Translations under genes and position numbers: made by a program
Notes under the pieces: model-generated
Databases searched by the model: none
What the model was told of the DNA's origin: nothing
What the model saw: only the letters and a program-made list of their open reading frames with translations
In this document: piece after piece, positions 42,630-54,906 of the stretch
Layout: the number at the start of each line of letters is the position of its first letter
How positions within the stretch are numbered: position 1 is the stretch's first letter
NCBI RefSeq assembly: GCF_964355755.1
Contig: NC_092672.1
Location: 34,664,437-34,728,436, forward strand
DNA: 64,000 bases
Source: Antedon mediterranea
Lineage: Eukaryota > Animalia > Echinodermata
Reading direction: 5' to 3'

Positions 42630-43126
42630 TTTGTTGATAAACACAAATTGTCACGCATAAACATAACAAGTTAAAAAAGTTGCGAAACATGGAATTTGTG
42701 TTGTTGCATATGAACATGCTCTTTCTGAAACAATGTTTGTTGATTAAAGGAGGACACAAACTGTCGCACATAAATGCTACAAGTTAAGAAAGTTGAGATA
42801 CAGTACATGGAATTTTTGTTTTTTCTATGAAAAATAGTACAGTATTTGTAAAAACGTGTTTGTTGATTAAGAGAGAACACAAACTGTCACGCATAAACGC
42901 TACAAGTTAAGAAAGTTGAGATACAGTACATGGAATTTTTGTTTTTCCTATGAAAAATAGTATTTGTAAAAACGTGTTTGTTGATTAAGAGAGAACACAA
43001 ACTGTCGCGCATAAATGCTTCTACAAGTTAAGAGAGTTGATATACTGTACAGTACATGGGATTTTTGTTTTTCCTATGAAAACAGTATTTCTGAGAACGT
43101 GTTTGTTGATTAAACAAAGACACAAA
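42630..43126. repeat. ~105-125-bp tandem repeat, about 4 copies, downstream of the ZSWIM7 stop
   Basis: TTGTTGATTAA..CACAAACTGTCGC.CATAAA.GCTACAAGTTAAGAAAGTTG repeated. Confidence 0.85.
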
Positions 43127-43670
43127 ATGTTAAGATGTGGCTCAACAATCCATTTTTTTAGGAAACGCACAAAAAACACATAATTCCAACTTTCTTTGTA
43201 AAGTATTAAGTCGATAACTTTATACAAAATTAACAGAACAAAAAGAAATAAACAATTTACCAATACAACAACATTTTTAATTTAGTAAAACAGATTTTAA
43301 TCTATTGGTTTCAACATATGTTGGAATAGTTTACTTTTAGAAAATTATTTAAATTACAAATATTCCAAAATAAGCTATGTTATGAATGATTAACATATAA
43401 ATTTGGAGTATCTTTCTATATTGTAATAAATGCTAATATAAATAGTTTATACAGTCATGTATTTAAATGACTTTGATTGCCATTTTGGTATGTAGACCTT
43501 TCCACAAATCTCTAGATTCTGTTATCTTTTTTACAAGAGCGCCACCATTAGATGTCCGATTACAGCTTAAGTACATGTATGAGGCGCCATGTGTGCCAAC
43601 ATGTTTTACGAATAATTAAGCCGAATCGACGTCTAGAAACTAGACTATGTAGCATGGTGTTACGGCGCCT

Positions 43671-46600
43671 TTATTTGGCGTGTAAATCCATTTGAATGGA
43701 ATCTTCTTCGTGAGATAGTTTTGCTGGCTTGTAGTCCTCCTTCAGTAAAATAAACAGGATACACACACAGAATAACAAGACACAAAAACCAAACATGTTG
43801 GCAACAATTAATCCTGCTGGGAATGTATCCGGCTTTACTCTAAAAAGAAAAAGAAATTGGTATTGACATACCTATACAAACTTATCGATTTTACAGACTC
43901 ATGAGTACACTTGCTCTAACACGCCATGTACGACACGCCATGTACGACACGCCATGTACGACACGCCATGTACGACACGGCACGGCGTGTGTACGTCGAC
44001 ACGCCATGTACGTCGACACGCCATGTACGACACGGCACGGCGTGTGTACGTCGACACGCCATGTACGTCGACACGCCATGTACGACACGGCACGGCGTGT
44101 GTACGTCGACACGCCATGTACGTCGACACGCCATGTACGACACGCCATGTACGACACGGCACGGCGTGTGTACGACACGCCATGTACGTCGACACGCCAT
44201 GTACGTCGACACGCCATGTACGACAAATTAATTAATTAAGCCCAATTGCCGTCTAGAACCTAGACTGTACCTCATATTACATCATACAGCCTTGTTTGGT
44301 ACATGTCATTTCCTTCCCAAATTTATCATTACTGCATTGTTTCTCAGTTTGTTGTTGTGAATTCTTTTGGTTGTGTTTTTGCACAAGTCTGTTCAGTCAA
44401 TTCTTCTCCTACCTTTTATTCCTTTTTCACCATGTTAAACTTTTCCTTGGTTTTCTCATCCCTCCCAAAAGTAGGCATATGTTTTATGTGTTTGACTTAC
44501 ATGTCATAAATGACAACCTCTGCAAGACCCATCAACACCGTAGCCATCATCATCATAAACAAGAACTTTCCACCAAATACGTGTAGTGTTAGCACCGATG
44601 ATTTTAACGAATCTGAACCAAACTTGGGAAACAGGAAGAAAAGGAATCCTCCAAGCAACTGAAAAAAAAGAAAAGGTTTTAAGCGAAAACAAGTTATATT
44701 GGTTTGAAGAAAATAATATAACCATAAAAGACATGTATTTGCGAGACATACGTACAATATAATATTGACGAACGAATCCATCCATAAGGTCGTATAATAT
44801 TGGAATAAATTGTTTGTTTAGGGGTTGGTATTTGACAAGTCCTTTTACTTTTTTTCCGATCCCTGAAACAGTTCTTATTTATTGTTACCATTTAAGTTAT
44901 TGTAATTGTATGTTTCTTTTATTTCTTGAACTGTTTCTAAATAAATGTTGAATAAATTAAATTCGTGCGGTCATCTATTCGCTCTCGTCGTTAAGATTGG
45001 TTTCCACTAGAACGTAACGCAGGGACGTAAACGCAGCGCAAGCAACAGTTCGAATAATCCATTGCTTGTTGTGATTAGTCAATTCACTTGCGTTGCGTTG
45101 CGTCCTTGTGTTTCGTCTCTAGTGGGAATCAAGCTCAAGGGAATACGATAGGGCCTCCTATGCGCAGTGATCTGTTGTGTGTCATGTCACAGGAATCCGT
45201 TCGGTCTTCTTGCACTGAAATCTTTTCACTACCCGTGTTAAGGTAAAAAACCCAACCTCCACTCTCTATTATACATTGTGATAACCAGAGTTCAAGTGTA
45301 GATTCCTTACACAATTAAACGCATTCTTTTTAATCCATCTACTTACCGGTTATGCGAACACAGAATGTATGTATGCTTATTATGATCTACTCTACCATGC
45401 TTTAGGCACAATTATTGTCTAATCCCATTTACTTAAATACTTGCATACAAACCAAACAGGACAGTCACATCAATACTTTAGTAACCCTGCATGACCCAAT
45501 TATACGTAACGAGAACACAGCAGGTATTCCATCAACTTACTTGTATGACAAAAAGGGCAACTGCAGCGTTACCAAACGATTTACTTGCCTGACATAGAGC
45601 AACTGACCCAATTATACGTAACGAGAACACAGCAGGTATTCCATCAACTTACTTGTATGACAAAAAGGGCAACTGCAGCGATACCAAAGCATTTACGTGC
45701 CTGACATTGGGCAACTGACCCAATCATACGTAACGAGAACACAGCAGGTATTCCATCAACTTACTTGTATGACAAAAAGGGCAACTGCAGCGATACCAAA
45801 GCATTTACGTGCCTGACATTGGGCAACTGACCCAATCATACGTAACGAGAACACAGCAGGTATTCCATCAACTTACTTGTATGACAAAAAGGGCAACTGC
45901 AGCGTTACCAAACGATTTACTTGCCTGACATAGAGCAACTGACCCAATTATACGTATTGAGAACACAGCAGGTATTCCATCAACTTACTTGTATGACAAA
46001 AAGGGCAACTGCAGCGTTACCAAACGATTTACTTGCCTGACATAGAGCAACTGACCCAATTATACGTATTGAGAACACAGCAGGTATTCCATCAACTTAC
46101 TTGTATGACAAAAAGGGCAACTGCAGCGATACCAAAGCATTTACGTGCCTGACATTGGGCAACTGACCCAATTATACGTAACGAGAACACAGCAGGTATT
46201 CCATCAACTTACTTGTATGACAAAAAGGGCAACTGCAGCGATACCAAACCATTTACGTGCCTGACATAGCGCAACTGACCCAATTATACGTTACCAGAAC
46301 ACAGCAGTTATTCCATCAACTTACTTGTATGACAAAAAGGGCAACTGCAGCGATACCAAAGCATTTACGTGCCTGACATAGGGCAACTGACCCAATTATA
46401 CGTATTGAGAACACAGCAGTTATTCCATCAACTTACTTGTATTACAAAAAGGGCAACTGCAGCGATACCAAACCATTTACGTGCCTGACATAGCGCAACT
46501 GACCCAATTATACGTAACCAGAACACAGCAGTTATTCCATCAACATCAACTTACTTGTATGACACAAAAGGGGCAACTGCGGCGATACCAACCCATTTAC

Positions 46601-48938
46601 GTGCCTGACAATATAAAGCAACTGACCCAATTATACGTTACCAGAACACAGCAGTTATTCCACCAACTTACTTGTATGACAAAAAGGGCAACTGCGGCGA
46701 TACCAATCCAACTGTGCGGGCTGTACATGTTCTGGTAGCCTTGTTCATTATGGTATTTAAACACAGCAACCAGGGCTATAGCAGCTAATATCATGGCCGA
46801 TGCCTGGATAATGAAATGTATTATCTTCTGTGTAGTTCGGCAAATATTTTTGCCCGTGGCAGCCAGCACTCTAAATGTTATGGCACCTAGGGAAAAAAAT
46901 CAAATATATGAATAGATCAATCAATCAATAGATTATTACCTCGATAAATAAATCGATATTAGTCAATATAGATTATGAAATCAACCAATCAATAGGCCAC
47001 TGTTTATCAATTAATTTGATAATGTTGTTGATCGAGACTATCAATCTGTTTAATAATATTTGTCGAGCGTTTTACAGATTTTAAATTACTGAGATTTGTT
47101 CTACGATTTTATTCTTTCAGCTCTGTCTACACTATCAAACTAGTTTGACAAAAAATAGTGATATGCCCAAATATGGCAGTGATATGACATCATCATGTCC
47201 ATGGGCACATCAAATTTTTTTTGTCACATAAAGTTTGATAGTTTGACAGAGCTTTAGAGTTATTGAGATTTGTGGAAGCATAGATTTGTAACGACGAAGC
47301 TCTCCCAACAACATTCACGTTTGAAATCTAGAATTTATTTGTATAAATTGGATCCGTTGTAATTAATTATTTGACAGGTTTAAGTGTAAGAAATACTAAA
47401 CATAATTGAATTCTCAATCAAATTAACAAAGTCATCAATTTCTTGAAATGGTCGATAAACATTTATTCATTTTTTAAAGAGAAAATCAAGGCCGAATTGT
47501 TGTCTATGATATTAAATTGCCGAGCAATTATTTATCGTTATAATTTGATTGGATGCGTTTGTACCGAGCGCAGCATAAGAGCGTATAGCTCGTTCTAATG
47601 TACATAAAGACAATGAGTCTGACATGTTTTTAGTGGTAGATTAATCGTTTTGTAAACACACAAATAAAGTAATCTCATTTTGAGGTACCAGTATGGCATG
47701 TAATCAAAGTCCGTACTATGTTAAGTCTCATTTTGTAAACAGAATAGCGTAACTGCGTCGAAGGTGTTTAATGAGAACAAAGTTACTTAACACATACACT
47801 TAAGTCTCATTTTGTAAACAGAATAGCGTAACTGCGTCGAAGGTGTTTAATGAGAACAAAGTTACTTAACACATACACTTAAGTCTCATTTTGTAAACAG
47901 AATAGAAAGCGCTCAACGTAAGGGTTTTAACGAGAACAAAGTTACTTAACACCAGTAAATACACTTAGGCCTAAGTCTCATTTTGTAAACAGAATAGCGT
48001 AACTGCGTCGAAGGTGTTTAGTGAGAACAAAGTTACTTAACACATACACTTAAGTCTCATTTTGTAAACAGAATAGAAAGCGCTCAACGTAAGGGTTTTA
48101 ACGAGAACAAAGTTACTTAACACCAGTAAATACACTTAAGTCTCATTTTGTAAACACTGTATAATTGCTGCGAGTTCAGGTTCACCGTCTACACTAAGTA
48201 GGGCTATGTTATATTTGGAATTTTAAAAACATGTTCATATTGTGTGTTAAGATATAAAAACGTTATTATTTACAGACGACAAATTAAAGTTGAACAAGGT
48301 CAAAAAAATCATTCTACTGGTAGAGACACCTTTTTAATATTTAAGGTGTGGTCACGCAGTATGGTTTTGCATTGTTTACTCGGTACAACCCAGGGAGATG
48401 GCTCCGATCCCTTGTAATGACCTTTAATAATTAATTTTTATATTTGGCAATAAAAGAATAAGAATAATAGCACAACGGTCCTGTTACATGCGCACATCGA
48501 GTTTGATTATTTTTAGTTTATATAATAATAATACTGTACACGTACCGAGCACGTGTTCTAGAAAAATAAATTGAGCATAGGGCCTATTATGAAGTGGCCA
48601 AAGAAAAATAAAAAAATAATTTCCATCCCATACGATTATCCTCTATACTTCATCGATGTAGGAGATGTTAATTTTGAATACACCAATAAAACTCAAAATC
48701 TATACTAAAAAATCTACTGAAAAACCAAATACTATAAACTGTACTTACCATTTCCAAAAAGAAAGATAAAACCGAGTGACATAAGTGTCGGATGGTAGTT
48801 AAACGTATGTAGGCTACCGTCCCAGCCATATCCAGGGTCTTTAACATGCTTGCCTCCCAGTAGCCCAACGAGGATCAAAGCCGTCACCCCGGCTACTTCA
48901 GCTACGCTCACCAACACCCAAAATCCAGTTGTTGACAT
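43671..48938 (-). CDS. Cytochrome b561 family transmembrane ascorbate-dependent reductase, paralogue A, ~243 aa, 4 exons
   Basis: Exons 48938-48749, 46886-46672, 44658-44501, 43839-43671 (732 nt). Four candidate heme-ligand His in FNYHP, KIIH, YSPHSW and TLHV, plus multiple hydrophobic helices. The CYB561/CYBRD1/CYB561A3 subfamily cannot be resolved by eye. Confidence 0.92.
43919..44224. repeat. CpG-rich minisatellite (CGACACGCCATGTA / CGTCGACACGCCATGTA with CACGGCACGGCGTGTGTA variants)
   Basis: 14/17-bp tandem units. The six ORFs called here are repeat artefacts. Confidence 0.92.
44994..45134. mobile_element. Harbinger-type MITE family 2 copy
   Basis: TTGGTTTCCACTAGAACGTAACGCA...GTCTCTAGTGGGAATCAAGCT, same internal sequence as the 51-kb cluster. 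Confidence 0.8.
45490..46706 (-). repeat. 112-bp tandem array duplicating the exon2/intron2 junction of cytochrome b561 A
   Basis: ATACAA|GTAAGT junction (minus strand) recurs with last exonic base at 45541, 45653, 45765, 45877, 45989, 46101, 46213, 46325, 46437, 46555 and 46672 (the true donor). Confidence 0.95.
47721..48156. repeat. 79-92-bp tandem repeat, 5+ copies, in cytochrome b561 A intron 1
   Basis: TAAGTCTCATTTTGTAAACA recurs near 47721, 47800, 47879, 47971, 48050 and 48136. Two variants in the order A-A-B-A-B. Confidence 0.9.
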
Positions 48939-49542
48939 TCTGATGGCCTGATGATATCTAAAATGTCTTTCACGATTTTAAACAGTTATATTTGTTGTCA
49001 AACAGCGTTAATAATTCTGATTGGTTAAACACACACTGTTTTCACTTAAATTTAAGGTCAGTTGACGTATTTAGTATCAACACGATTGTGGATATTGTGG
49101 AGAAGCAGGTTACAAAGTGCGCGTATAATCCCATAGATTGTCCTTAATTTTAATAATGTAAACTCCGTTTATTTTTCTAACAAAGCAAAATTTAGGTCAC
49201 GATTGAATCTGAAATTTCCGGGATTTAAAATAACAATGCCATACAAAAAAATATCCGCAATAACAAACCATTGTACAGATGTCATGATGAGCTTAGATCT
49301 ATCACTGTACTGTGTTTTATTTTGCTACATTAACAAACATTAAAACTAACTTAACTAAAAACGACTTAAATATTTGAATACAAATAATCGATTAATTTCT
49401 AAATACAGTGAACCCTTCCTTTAGGACACCCCTCCCTATATAATGAAACAACCCTATCCAGACGAAACTTTCCTGTATTCACGGTGGTAAAAAACGAGAA
49501 CAAAATCATGTTTCAACCGATATTAAGGGCCGTAGTGGTTAA

Positions 49543-49677
49543 AGCTCTGTCTACAATAAAAATGCCCAAATATGATAGTGATATGCCCAAATATGGTAGT
49601 GATATGACATCATCATGTCTATATATGGGCACATCACATTTTTTTGTCACATCAAGTTTGATAGTGTAGATAGAGCT
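49543..49677. mobile_element. Harbinger-type MITE family 1 copy
   Basis: TIRs with TAA TSD. Confidence 0.85.
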
Positions 49678-49827
49678 TAATATTCGTATTAAAATTGCGT
49701 GTTGATAGTTTCTGTAGAACGAAAATCAGTTTATGATAATTTAAACAATCTTACATCCTACGTGACATAATTATTATTTTTTCTTAAAAAAAAGTTTCTC
49801 TTTCTAAGTTCATTTGCTCAAAATAAT

Positions 49828-52800
49828 CTACGATCTTTGTGATGACGTTATCAGTTCTACAGAATCTTCTTTTTGACGTTTTGGTCCAAACGTTGGATTC
49901 CATAATATGCTGACGATAGTGGCAGCAAATAGCAGTAAACACAGGCAGAACGTATTGCTTACAACAACTGCTTGAGGAAACTTCTCAGGCGGGAATTTTT
50001 CTGGATGTACTCTGTAAAAATAAATAGATAACCATCGAAATATCAAATAATCTCGGCGTCGCTGTTTAATTTTGTTACGTTTATGATTATGTAGTAGGCC
50101 TATTTACCAGCTCTTAGTCTGGGTTCCAGACGGAGTTTTGACTTAATATTAGTAAAAAGATAAATAATTTGGCACATATGGCGTTTCATACGTGTACGAC
50201 TTGAGCTTGTAACCCGTATTTTAAGTTAGCACTTTAGTGGATATGTGCGCTTTACACATCTTATATTATATTACATAATAATTATGTAAAACAAAAATTG
50301 ACATTTCACTATTCCACTTACATGTCATAAATGGACGATTCTGACATCCCCATCAGGGCGCTTCCAATCATCAGGATAAAAATCAATCGACCAGAAGACA
50401 CGTGAAGGGATAGAACACGTGATCTGAGAACTTCTGAACCGAATTTAGGAAACACCAAGAAAAGAAAACCGACGAGTAGCTGAAATGCAAATAATCAATA
50501 AATCGAAAATCAATCAATATACCAATCGCGAAGGTCCGCCAAATGTAGCCTAAGCATTCTTTAACAAGTAGGTCTAACTCTGAATTATGTGATCATAATT
50601 ATAATCTGATCAAATTGCGGAACATACAATAGTTATTGAAACACACTTTACCCATCATAAAACCAGTATTTGGTCACGAAATCAAAATTGCTAGAATTGA
50701 GCATGCGGTAGACCTATAAAAAATCAGGGAAGAGTGACTCTTCCCTGGAAAAATAAAACAAAAAAAGAGCTTCTACCTGTAATCCATACAAGGAAAATGC
50801 CGTGATCCCGACCCAACTGTGGGGGTGATACATATCAGCCCAGCCTTGTGTTTCATGGAACTTAAACGTAGCGACGAGACCAACTGTGGCTATGAGGAAG
50901 GCAGAGGTCTGAAATGCACCGTGGATCAACTTGGCTGTGGTTCTTGTGACTTGAAGGCCTGTTGCTGAGATAACTCTGTAGGCAATTGCACCTATAATTG
51001 CCAAATAGATAATCATTGGTTTTGTATCTTATCTATATAATCATGTTAAGCTTGGTTCCTACTAGGACGCAACGCAACTAGTTGACCAATGACAAGCTGC
51101 AATTCGAATAATCCATCGATTGTGATTGGTCAACTCACTTACGTAGCGTTACGTCCTTGTGTTGCGTCTCTAAAGGTTGGTTACCACTAGAACGTATTTT
51201 TTTTAACCAATGACAAGCGAAGTTATAGACAGTTAGCAATCACAATCGAATAAGCCATCGCTTGTGATTGGTCAATTCACTTGCGTTGCGTTACGTCCTT
51301 GTGTTGCGTCGCTAGTGGGAACCACGCTTTATAGGAACCCACATTAGAACATAACGCAAGGACGTAACGCGACAGTCGAATACTTGTGATTGGTCAAATC
51401 CCTAAAGCCTGGTTCCCACTAGAACGTAACGCTAGAACGTAACGCAAGGACGTAAACGCAACGCAAGCGTTTTAACCAATGACAAGCGAAGTTATGGACA
51501 GTTAGCAATCACAAGCGAATAAGCCATCGCTTGTGATTGGTCAATTCACTTGCGTTGCGTTACGTCCTTGTGTTGCGTCGCTAGTGGGAACCACGCTTTA
51601 CGTTGCGTTACGTCGTTGTGTTGCGTCTCTAGTGCGTCTCAATGCATATAAATATTGAGTTCATACTCATGAAACAGCCTGCAATAAAATGTTCAGTTGG
51701 TAATTTACTAGCGTCTTTATCATTTATTTATATAAATATATATTTTTATCTATTATTCTTTTTTTATATTCTTTGTAAAGTAAACATTCGTTCAATTCAA
51801 GTAATTGACGATATTTTTATTAATGTTATAGTATTAGTATTCACTACGGTTATTCTGTCATTCATTATTATATAACATTTCACTTTAAACGAATACGACG
51901 ACCGATTGTGATTTTGTCCCCGAACGAATCAGGCTTGATGAGCATGTTTTATAGCTTCTATCACGTGAGACGAGCAATTGTACTATAATTACCTTATCTG
52001 TACCAGCAGCTTGTTCCATTCATTCATAATATGATTGTTTACTATGTGTGCGAGATATACGAATGTCATTCATTCATGACATTTAAACAAATTGCGTCAT
52101 CGTAGTAGACGACAACATATTTGTACTTACAACATACACGCAACTAAAGCTAAATTTATCCAAGTCTTCTAACGTGATGATTTATCCAAATCTCAATGGG
52201 CAAACGAATGAAAACATAATCACGTCATCACAATTACGTATACATCCAAAACAAATGACAATGTTATGTTATAGCTCATCACCGTAAATTCAATTCAATT
52301 CAACTTTTATTTCAGACAATTGTCTATATGGTATAATACATTACACACAAAAAAAAGATGAAGGAGAGAGGACCAAAACTTTTATCTATTGGTATATAAT
52401 GCCTCTCTCCATTTGTAGTACATGTTTGAATCCATCAACAAATATTTATATATACAAATTAACATTCTGTTTTCGCTTTTTATTATTCTTGTAAGAAATC
52501 GGTAAGTCGAAATCCTCAAATATTCATAAAATGATGGAATATTGTTTTCCACTAACAAATTCCTGCACTAACAAATCTGGGTTGTCACAACAACCGCCGG
52601 AAAGCATCATTATAATAACAAACTTTAAGTCGGTTAATATCTTTTTTAAAATGATAATTTCCAACATAAAACATTACCTTATTAGTGAGTGAGTGGCCGA
52701 GCGGTTAAGACAGTGGAACCGTAATCACGTAGCCATAACATCGGCAGGGGTTCGAGGCTCACTCACTCCATGGTTCTGGTGGTAGAACGAGTCTTCTCGG

Positions 52801-53808
52801 ATAAGGACTATAAACCGTAGGTCCAGTGTACACAACTTGCTCGTGTGCACTTTAAAGAACCTAGTACATCTTTCGAGACGAGTAGGGGGTTACCCCGGTG
52901 TACTAGTACATCACAGCCACTGATCACCAACTGGGCCCTCTGGGAGATCAGTCTTTGACTGAAGAGGTTACCCAGTATAAAGATAAAACAAACAAACATA
53001 CCTCTAATACATAGAGATCTATATTGGCGTTTTATATCTGCTTCATCTCTTAGATTCGAAGTTAAAATATGGCCTAAGTACGTAAAATGATCAACATACT
53101 CCAAAAGTTAGGCAATAAGATAATAAGATACAAAGAAAAACACTTTGGTTTCATGTGATTTCAATTGCATTTATTTGCCACCTTATTACCATTTATATCG
53201 TAATCACAATACGTATACATTTAAAACAACTGACAATATTTTATAGCTCATCACCGTGATATAATATTTTCGCGGCCGTAATATTATGTAATAATATTAT
53301 AACGTCTGCTCACCGTACCTCGGCATATCGCGATTGAAGCAGTAGGCCATACCCAATCCCAATTTAGGTATCGATCGTGGCCAGTTTTTTTAAACCATGA
53401 TAAAATAATTAATTTTCACTGTTATTATTTTGTCCATTGGGAAGAGGACGTACATGCTGCGTGTATATAATCATATAAAATTATTAGTTAATGATTTATA
53501 CTTATAGCACCAGAGTCTAGACAATAATTATGCAGTGACCCCAAAAAAACACATGGTAAATAAATAGTAGTAGGTCTTAGTAGTAGATATATTAATTTAA
53601 AAATGATGTTCTTACCGTTGCCTTGGAGGAATATAAAAGCGATGACCATGAGAAGTGGATGATAGTTGAATGTCTTCAGACTGCCATCCCAGCTGAACCC
53701 AGGCTCCTTGTTGAGTTGTCCTCCAAACAGACCGATGAGAACCACGGCAGTCAAGCCAGAAATCTCGGCGAGAGCCACAAGAGCGAAGAACACTATTTTA
53801 TCTGCCAT
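49828..53808 (-). CDS. Cytochrome b561 family transmembrane ascorbate-dependent reductase, paralogue B, ~249 aa, 4 exons
   Basis: Exons 53808-53616, 50991-50777, 50479-50322, 50011-49828 (750 nt). Intron phases and internal exon sizes (215, 158) match paralogue A. His motifs FNYHP, KLIH, YHPHSW, SLHV. Confidence 0.92.
50116..50215 (-). repeat. Short dispersed repeat family ending ..CCGTCT(A/G)GAACC(T/C)AGACT
   Basis: Related copies at ~875-960, 43559-43646 and 43891-44266 share TTACAG..AAGT..TAC.(C/T)GTATGA..(C/T)GCCAT.TGTGCCA..TTAAG.C.A. Confidence 0.65.
51049..51634. mobile_element. Cluster of nested Harbinger-type MITE family 2 copies
   Basis: TIR AGC(C/T)TGGTTCCCACTAG / CTAGTGGGAACCACGCT. 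Copies with both termini at 51174-51328 and 51406-51597 are flanked by TAA/TTA and interrupt older copies. Confidence 0.82.
52287..53104 (-). mobile_element. Degenerate LINE 3' fragment interrupted by the SINE
   Basis: EYVDHFTYLGHILTSNLRDEADIKRQ...IRG resembles non-LTR RT C-terminal sequence. 3' tail AATAAAAG(TTGAA)n at ~52287-52312. Confidence 0.6.
52683..52998 (+). mobile_element. tRNA-derived SINE with Deu/Nin-like core
   Basis: A box TGGCCGAGCGG and B box GGTTCGAGGC. Core GGATAAGGACTATAAACCGTAGGTCC..TTAAAGAACC..GAGTAGGGGGTTACCCCGGTG resembles the AmnSINE1/DeuSINE core. A-rich tail. Confidence 0.85.
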
Positions 53809-54906
53809 TATGCCTACTTTCTTTTATCTTAACTTCTTCTTCTACTACTACGTGTGTTGCCTGGCAGAAATCGTGGTGTACTGTGTGTTAATTTCTTCTG
53901 GACAGATGCGATACTATAAATACTAATACAGTATAATTCAGTAAACAGAGTATTGGCTAGCGTCCAACAGATGCGACCCACGTGTGTTAATTTACTACGT
54001 TTTGATTGTTGAAGTCTGCATCCGTTTTACGATTATCAATTATGATTCGATGATGATACAAAAAAAAAAAGTGTCGCACTTGACCTCTAGCTGCATTTTA
54101 CAAGGTCAACAATTATTTATAAATGAAAACGAGGCAAATGATAGTTGATATGATAAAATATCGCAGCGGGGAGAAATTCCTATTACGGTTTTAACGACGA
54201 GGAATTTCAGTCAGCCGTAGTCTTATGATATGATCACGTTTTTTATGCGTGTTCATTACATAATGCAGAGTGGTTTTTAAGGTACCGTCCTGGCCGATTC
54301 TAAAAACGGCGCGTATTGGGAAATATTTTGTTTGGTATCTGCAGGGAAGAGCTCTTCCCTAGTCTCTGCTTTTGTTTTATTCTGGAAGGTCGTGAACGAT
54401 TGACCTATTAAATACGTGCGTAAAATTAGTACACGAACAAATGTGTAGTGCGCCCTCTATATCGACACCAAAATAATGTTCCTTTAGAAAATGAAGGCCT
54501 ATCGTACTGTAATACACGCGAGTCACAAACAACCATAAAGTACCACAGAATTTGCTTTCTGAAAACATTTATATTAATTTATAGAAATTTAAGAATCATA
54601 TTTTCCTTTTATTCTGTGAAAATTCAATAACTTGAAAATCAAAAGTGCATTAAATTAAAAGGTTTAGTGAATAGAAAATCAATCTTTATTTTCACAAACT
54701 TTTTGAGCCTTGAAAATAAAAACACATTAACGTTAAAGGTGCATAAAATTAATAGGTTTTAGTGAATTAAAAATTCAATCTTAATTTTCACAAACTTTTC
54801 GAACCTTGAAAATAAAAAACACAATAACTATTAAAATTATATACATTTTTTGTTGTCCAGAGTCTAAAGAGATATTCAAACATTAATTTACTAAAACCAC
54901 TGAAAT

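Noticed and set aside
43891-44239. Six overlapping ORFs
   Set aside because: Translations of a minisatellite.
45490-46706. CRISPR-like regular array
   Set aside because: Whole units repeat with no unique spacers, the context is eukaryotic, and there are no cas genes. The same applies to 22585-23030 and 47721-48156.
52683-52770. tRNA gene
   Set aside because: A/B boxes continue into a SINE core and tail, and a second dispersed copy exists.
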